Part shown: in pieces, positions 59,205 to 64,000 of the stretch
Layout: every line of letters starts with the position of its first letter
Position numbering within the stretch: position 1 is the first letter of the stretch
Origin: an uncultured Saprospiraceae bacterium
Lineage (GTDB): Bacteria; Bacteroidota; Bacteroidia; Chitinophagales; Saprospiraceae
Assembly (NCBI GenBank): GCA_964423575.1
Contig: CAYRFF010000008.1
Coordinates: 10,669-74,668 of the forward strand
Direction: 5' to 3'
Length of the DNA: 64,000 nucleotides
The notes under the pieces: model-generated
The model's input: the letters and a program-made list of their open reading frames with translations, nothing else
Databases searched by the model: none
What the model was told of the DNA's origin: nothing
Program-made: the position numbers and the translations under genes

Positions 59205-59216
59205 GCTTACGCAAAT
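59205..59216 (-). repeat. iterated 12-mer ATTTGYGNAAGC, N=T
   Basis: Exact match. Intergenic, inverted partner of 59112..59123. Confidence 0.8.
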
Positions 59217-59266
59217 GCCTGATTTTACCCGGAGAGTGTTTTATTTAATTCAGAATAAAAGAATTT

Positions 59267-61777
59267 ATGCCCGTAAGAATTTTTACCAGAAAAATAAGTT
59301 TGCTCATCTTATTGTTACTTCCTATACTATTATCAGCGCAGTATAAACAGGACTATTCGCAAGCTGAAATACGTGAACAAATCGAAAAACTAGGTACAGC
59401 AGCTACCATTCTCTACGTTGCTGCACACCCCGATGATGAAAACACGAGCCTTATCTCCTATTTCTCCAATAAAGAGCATTATGTGACCAACTATCTATCA
59501 ATGACTCGTGGCGATGGAGGGCAGAATCTCATCGGTCCGGAAATAAGCGAATTACTGGGTGTGATAAGAACGCAGGAATTGCTTGCTGCACGTAGAATCG
59601 ACGGTGGCTTTCAGCATTTCACCAGAACCAATGACTTTGGTTACTCCAAGAATGCCGAAGAAACTCTGGAAATCTGGAATCGGGATGAAGCACTCGCGGA
59701 TGTGGTATGGACTATAAGAAAAACAAGGCCGGACGTCATAATAAACCGCTTTGACCATAAGACAAGCGGCAGAACTCACGGTCATCATACTTCTTCCGCA
59801 ATATTGGCAGTTGAAGCATTTGATCTTGCCGGCGATCCGACAGCATTTCCCGAGCAATTAAAGTACGTAGATGTATGGCAGCCAAAACGAATTTTCTTCA
59901 ATACTTCATGGTGGTTTTATGGCAGCATTGATAATTTTAGAAAAGCTAATAAAACACGGACAGACTCATTGAATATAGGCGTTTACCTGCCCAATCTAGG
60001 GCTTTCCAATTCGGAGATTTCAGCACTCAGCAGATCCATGCACAAGTGCCAGGGATTTGGGCGTGCTGGTACACGTGGTGAAGATTATGACTACCTCGAA
60101 TTTATTAAGGGTGATGAAGATGTATCTGCCGGTTTTATGACCGGAATAAATACAGACCTTAACAGAATTGATCCTAGCGGAAAACTGACGGCAATATATA
60201 CGCAAATCAAGAATCAATTTGACATTGCGAATCCATCTGCCTGCATCAGCAGTATCATCAAATTTATGGATGCTCTCGATCTCGTCGAAGATACTCACTG
60301 GAAAGAAATCAAGTACAATCAAGCAAAGGACTTACTAAAGAATCTGACAGGCTTGTTTATAATGGCATCGAGTAGAACAGCAGAATACACTCCGGGCGAT
60401 TCTCTGGACCTGAATATGGAAATCATTGCGCGGAACTTTGGAGGAATTAAAATCAGGAATCTCAGTCTTGTCGGAGAAAATCTACTATCTGATGCATTTC
60501 CATTAGAGAATAATATAACTTTCAAATCAAACTATACCGTCAAAATTCCTGAAACAACCGACTATACCACGCCCTACTGGCTAAATGAGCCTTGGTCAAT
60601 AGGAATGTACACGGTAAAAGACCAAAAGTTGAGAGGCAAAGCTGAAAATGATGCCGCACTTCATGTAAATGTTGATCTTGAGATTAATGGAAAGATTATC
60701 AGCTATGAATTCCCTGTCATTTTCAACAAACCGGATCCCGTCAAAGGTGAGATTTTTCAACCTTTGGCCATCGTCCCTGCAATCACAATGAATATTGATC
60801 AACCGGTTTACGTATATAGTGACAATACAGCCAAGAGCATATTAGTGCATCTAAAGGCCTGGAAAGAAAATCTAAGTGGTAGTTTAAATATCCGGGTTCC
60901 GGAAGGCTGGATAGTGAAAGGCAATCCAGGAAACATCAGTTTTCAATCTGCAGGAGATGAAAGACAAGTCGATATCGAATTGATTCCACCTGCATTTCCA
61001 TCGGAAGGTTATGTTGAGCTGGAATTTGTTACGATGAATGGCAAGTATAATAAAAGGCTCGATGTAATAGATTATGATCATATCCCAAGACAATATGTAT
61101 TGAGGCACTCCGCCAGTAAAGTCGTAAAACTGGATCTTAAAAAGGAAGGAGAACTTATCGGATATATTGAAGGAGCCGGAGATAGAATTCCTTTTGCACT
61201 GCGTCAAATGGGATACGAAGTAAGGACGCTTACAGACAAGGAAATACTAGCCGATGACCTGGAGGAATATGATGCAATTATCACGGGTGTACGTGCATAT
61301 AATACCAATGAAAGGATTTCTGCATATCAACCGCATCTCCTCAAGTACGTGGAAAACGGTGGGACGCTTCTCGTTCAGTATAACACTTCGCGTGGACTGA
61401 TTGTCGAAGACATAGGCCCATATCCTATGCAATTATCACATGAAAGAGTTACTGAAGAAGATGCTGAAGTAAGGTTTTTGGCGCCTGAACATCCTGCTCT
61501 CAACTATCCAAATAAAATCACTGAAAAGGATTTTGAAAACTGGGTACAGGAAAGAGGATTATATTTTGCGACAACCTGGGATAGTCGTTACACAGCCTTG
61601 TTTTCTGCCCATGATAAAGGTGAGCCTGACAGAAATGGAGGGACATTAATAGCGGAATATGGGAAAGGATATTATATTTATAGCGGATATTCATGGTTCA
61701 GAGAGTTACCTGCAGGTGTATCCGGTGCTTATCGCATCTTCGCCAACCTCGTTTCTCTGAAAAATAATGCAGATTAA
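59267..61777 (+). CDS. PIG-L/LmbE-family deacetylase, large multidomain form
   Basis: VAAHPDDENTSLISY zinc-binding motif, signal peptide, 836 aa. Confidence 0.8.
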   Translation: MPVRIFTRKISLLILLLLPILLSAQYKQDYSQAEIREQIEKLGTAATILYVAAHPDDENTSLISYFSNKEHYVTNYLSMTRGDGGQNLIGPEISELLGVIRTQELLAARRIDGGFQHFTRTNDFGYSKNAEETLEIWNRDEALADVVWTIRKTRPDVIINRFDHKTSGRTHGHHTSSAILAVEAFDLAGDPTAFPEQLKYVDVWQPKRIFFNTSWWFYGSIDNFRKANKTRTDSLNIGVYLPNLGLSNSEISALSRSMHKCQGFGRAGTRGEDYDYLEFIKGDEDVSAGFMTGINTDLNRIDPSGKLTAIYTQIKNQFDIANPSACISSIIKFMDALDLVEDTHWKEIKYNQAKDLLKNLTGLFIMASSRTAEYTPGDSLDLNMEIIARNFGGIKIRNLSLVGENLLSDAFPLENNITFKSNYTVKIPETTDYTTPYWLNEPWSIGMYTVKDQKLRGKAENDAALHVNVDLEINGKIISYEFPVIFNKPDPVKGEIFQPLAIVPAITMNIDQPVYVYSDNTAKSILVHLKAWKENLSGSLNIRVPEGWIVKGNPGNISFQSAGDERQVDIELIPPAFPSEGYVELEFVTMNGKYNKRLDVIDYDHIPRQYVLRHSASKVVKLDLKKEGELIGYIEGAGDRIPFALRQMGYEVRTLTDKEILADDLEEYDAIITGVRAYNTNERISAYQPHLLKYVENGGTLLVQYNTSRGLIVEDIGPYPMQLSHERVTEEDAEVRFLAPEHPALNYPNKITEKDFENWVQERGLYFATTWDSRYTALFSAHDKGEPDRNGGTLIAEYGKGYYIYSGYSWFRELPAGVSGAYRIFANLVSLKNNAD

Positions 61778-61779
61778 GA

Positions 61780-61914
61780 ATGGAAAATGAAAATAAGGTA
61801 GAAAACAAACCCCCTGTACTGGGTTCCTGGAAGAATGTCTACATTTTTGTATTGGGCTTTCAATTCTTTTTAATCCTGTGTTTCCTGCTATTAATGAACT
61901 ATTACAAAGTCTGA
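61780..61914 (+). CDS. candidate 44-aa single-TM small protein (below the ORF-track length cutoff)
   Basis: My translation is MENENKVENKPPVLGSWKNVYIFVLGFQFFLILCFLLLMNYYKV. It starts 2 nt after the upstream stop and ends 1 nt before the symporter ATG. Confidence 0.45.
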   Translation: MENENKVENKPPVLGSWKNVYIFVLGFQFFLILCFLLLMNYYKV

Positions 61915-61915
61915 T

Positions 61916-63610
61916 ATGCATTTAGTTGACTGGGGAGTTTTACTAGCCTCACTTTTATTTATCGTAGGTTATGGAATCTATAAAACGCGGAAAATAAATA
62001 CTGCGGATGCATATTTAGGTGGACAGCGTAATTTATCCTGGTGGATGATAGGCTTATCCATAATGGCAACTCAGGCGAGCGCAATCACCTTCCTGAGTAC
62101 GCCCGGGCAGGCCTATGAATCTGGGATGAGTTTCGTTCAATTTTACTTTGGACTTCCTCTGGCAATGGTGATTCTCAGTATCTTCTTTCTCCCCCACTTT
62201 TACAATTTAAAAGTGTACACTGCTTATGAGTTCCTCGAGCAGAGATTTGACTTAAAGACGAGGACGCTTACGTCTTTTCTCTTTCTCGTCCAGCGTGGTC
62301 TTGCTGCAGGATTAACGATTTATGCCCCGGCAATTATCCTTTCCACTATACTGAAATGGGATTTAAATCTGACTTGTATAATTATAGGAGTGCTTGTAAT
62401 TCTATACACTGTTTCAGGAGGTACTCAGGCAGTTAGTCAGACACATAAACAACAGATGTTTATTATAATGGGAGGAATGGGCGTAGCCTTTGCTCTATTA
62501 ATCTATCAAATGCCGGAGGGAATAGGATTCGGAGAGTCCATGCGCCTGGCATCTGCCAGCGGAAGGATGAATATCATTACCACAGAATTTGACTTGTCTA
62601 ACAGGTATAATATCTGGACCGGATTCCTGGGAGGCACTTTCCTTTTCCTCTCCTATTTCGGAACTGATCAATCGCAGGTACAGCGCTACCTCGGTGGAAG
62701 CAGTCTTAACGAAGGTCGTATGGGACTGATGTTTAATGCACTTGCAAAAATACCGATGCAGTTCTTCATACTCTTGACCGGAGTACTTGTGTTTGTCTTT
62801 TATCAGTTTACACAAAGTCCGCTTCACTTTAATCCTGCGAATGTAGAACACGTTATTGAATCTGAATTCAAGGAGGATTATCAGGATATAGAAAATGCCT
62901 ACAACATCAATTTTGAAGAGAAAAAAGAACTCGCTCTGAAAATTGCCAGGGAAAAACAACCGGCTCAAGCAGATCTGGAAGCTTATAGCCAACTTCTGGC
63001 AGCTGATAAGACACTGCGTATAGAAGCTAAGGAACTCATCGGTCGGGCTCATATAGAATCAGAAATGGACGGCGGAAGAGCATCTACAGAAGATACGGAC
63101 TATGTCTTTATAAGTTATGTTCTCGGCTTCTTTCCCATAGGTATAATCGGCTTATTACTGGCCGTGATATTCTCGGCTGCAATGTCGAGTACTGCAGCTG
63201 AATTAAATGCACTGGCGACTACAAGCATGGTCGACATTTATAAACGCCATTTCAAGCAAGAAGCCAGTGATAAACACTATCTGAACAGTTCCAAGTTAAT
63301 GACTGTCGGCTGGGGATTGATAGCATTGACATTTGCATTGGTAGCAAGTCTGTTTGAAAATCTGATTCAGGCAGTAAACATCATCGGTTCATTATTTTAC
63401 GGAACAATACTCGGTGTGTTTATCGTAGCCTTTTTCCTGAAGCATGTCAGAGGAGGCGCCGTCTTTATAGCTGCCGTGATAAGTGAAATAATAATCCTCG
63501 TACTGTATTTTACAGAATTCCCGCTAGCCTATCTCTGGTTAAATGCCGTAGGTTGCGGACTGGTAATGTTTTTCTCACTTCTCATTCATCCTTTGCTCAA
63601 GAAAAGATAA
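61916..63610 (+). CDS. sodium:solute symporter (SSS) family transporter
   Basis: About 13 TM helices and SSS-like segments (GGQRNLSWW, YTVSGG). 564 aa. Confidence 0.85.
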   Translation: MHLVDWGVLLASLLFIVGYGIYKTRKINTADAYLGGQRNLSWWMIGLSIMATQASAITFLSTPGQAYESGMSFVQFYFGLPLAMVILSIFFLPHFYNLKVYTAYEFLEQRFDLKTRTLTSFLFLVQRGLAAGLTIYAPAIILSTILKWDLNLTCIIIGVLVILYTVSGGTQAVSQTHKQQMFIIMGGMGVAFALLIYQMPEGIGFGESMRLASASGRMNIITTEFDLSNRYNIWTGFLGGTFLFLSYFGTDQSQVQRYLGGSSLNEGRMGLMFNALAKIPMQFFILLTGVLVFVFYQFTQSPLHFNPANVEHVIESEFKEDYQDIENAYNINFEEKKELALKIAREKQPAQADLEAYSQLLAADKTLRIEAKELIGRAHIESEMDGGRASTEDTDYVFISYVLGFFPIGIIGLLLAVIFSAAMSSTAAELNALATTSMVDIYKRHFKQEASDKHYLNSSKLMTVGWGLIALTFALVASLFENLIQAVNIIGSLFYGTILGVFIVAFFLKHVRGGAVFIAAVISEIIILVLYFTEFPLAYLWLNAVGCGLVMFFSLLIHPLLKKR

Positions 63611-63616
63611 GACATC

Positions 63617-64000
63617 ATGAACGAGCTACAACAAATTGAAAAGAAAATAAAAGAATCGGAAGTTCTGTCTCGTGAATTGGATATAGATTCTTCTGATCGT
63701 AGAACGCTTAATGACACAGTAATTTCATATACCGAAAACTTCCTTGAGAATCTGGAAGCGGATAAGACTTTCAGAGAGAATCACGAGGAAGCCTTCACTT
63801 CTGCGGACTGGTCCCTGGATAATAAAGCAGATATTCATGAAATTACGAGCCTGATTCACAGAGAAATGGATGGAATTGGCCTGAATCCTGCATCCGGAGG
63901 GCATCTGGGCTACATTCCGGGTGGTGGTATATATCCGGCTGCACTCGGGGATTTTATTGCAGCAGTGACCAATCATTATTCAACTGTACATTACGCGGGC
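63617..64000 (+). CDS. group II PLP-dependent decarboxylase family protein, 3-prime partial
   Basis: My translation from ATG 63617 has no stop to the window end and contains ASGGHLGYIPGGGIYPAALGDFIAA, typical of aromatic-amino-acid decarboxylase-like enzymes. Confidence 0.6.
   Translation, partial: MNELQQIEKKIKESEVLSRELDIDSSDRRTLNDTVISYTENFLENLEADKTFRENHEEAFTSADWSLDNKADIHEITSLIHREMDGIGLNPASGGHLGYIPGGGIYPAALGDFIAAVTNHYSTVHYAG

Noticed and set aside
214-59216. Explaining the 12-mer simply as the Bacteroidota -7 promoter element (TAnnTTTG plus discriminator)
   Set aside because: Several intergenic copies do contain TACATTTG and may double as promoters. However, 10 of 19 exact copies are inside genes in both orientations. 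Several intergenic copies also point into the 3-prime ends of convergent genes. Bona fide -7 boxes in the window (17091, 21603, 36156) lack the GCGNAAGC part.
62498-63052. 184-aa minus-strand ORF inside the sodium:solute symporter gene
   Set aside because: It is antisense to a well-supported multi-TM transporter and its composition is not protein-like.
1-64000. Mobile elements, prophage, tRNA/rRNA genes or defence islands
   Set aside because: I recognised no transposase, integrase, reverse transcriptase, Cas, restriction or toxin-antitoxin signatures in any called ORF. No tRNA-like or rRNA-like sequence appears in the gaps. The gene content is housekeeping and syntenic-looking.

Overview
This window looks like a low-GC chromosomal core region of a Bacteroidota genome. 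The lineage call rests on three secreted proteins with T9SS-type C-terminal sorting domains, a PorT-like gene, TAnnTTTG -7 promoter boxes and few Shine-Dalgarno sequences. I call about 50 CDS on both strands, mostly housekeeping: folE, fabD, nhaA, dusB, CCA-adding enzyme, folP, tamB, mutS2, ndk, prfB with its +1 frameshift, engB, gyrA and ubiE. There are also two two-component systems, several peptidases, and a set of uncharacterised secreted or membrane proteins. I found no rRNA, tRNA, CRISPR array, transposase or integrase. The most unusual signal is not a gene. A 12-nt word, ATTTG[C/T]GNAAGC, occurs at least 19 times on both strands, in coding and intergenic DNA alike. Some copies sit in inverted pairs, one degenerate pair forms a terminator-like hairpin, and three copies cluster in a 715-bp non-coding gap. 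This resembles a genome-wide iterated signal such as a DNA-uptake-sequence-like motif or a protein or structure site. I cannot explain it as a promoter alone. Secondary points are an RCC1-repeat T9SS gene wedged between two Fe-S oxidoreductase subunit genes, a repeat/dockerin-like T9SS protein, a TM-anchored PspA-like two-gene module, an HhH-plus-beta-barrel protein, a missed 44-aa sORF and several tail-to-tail gene overlaps. All functional calls come from motifs read by eye. No database search was possible.
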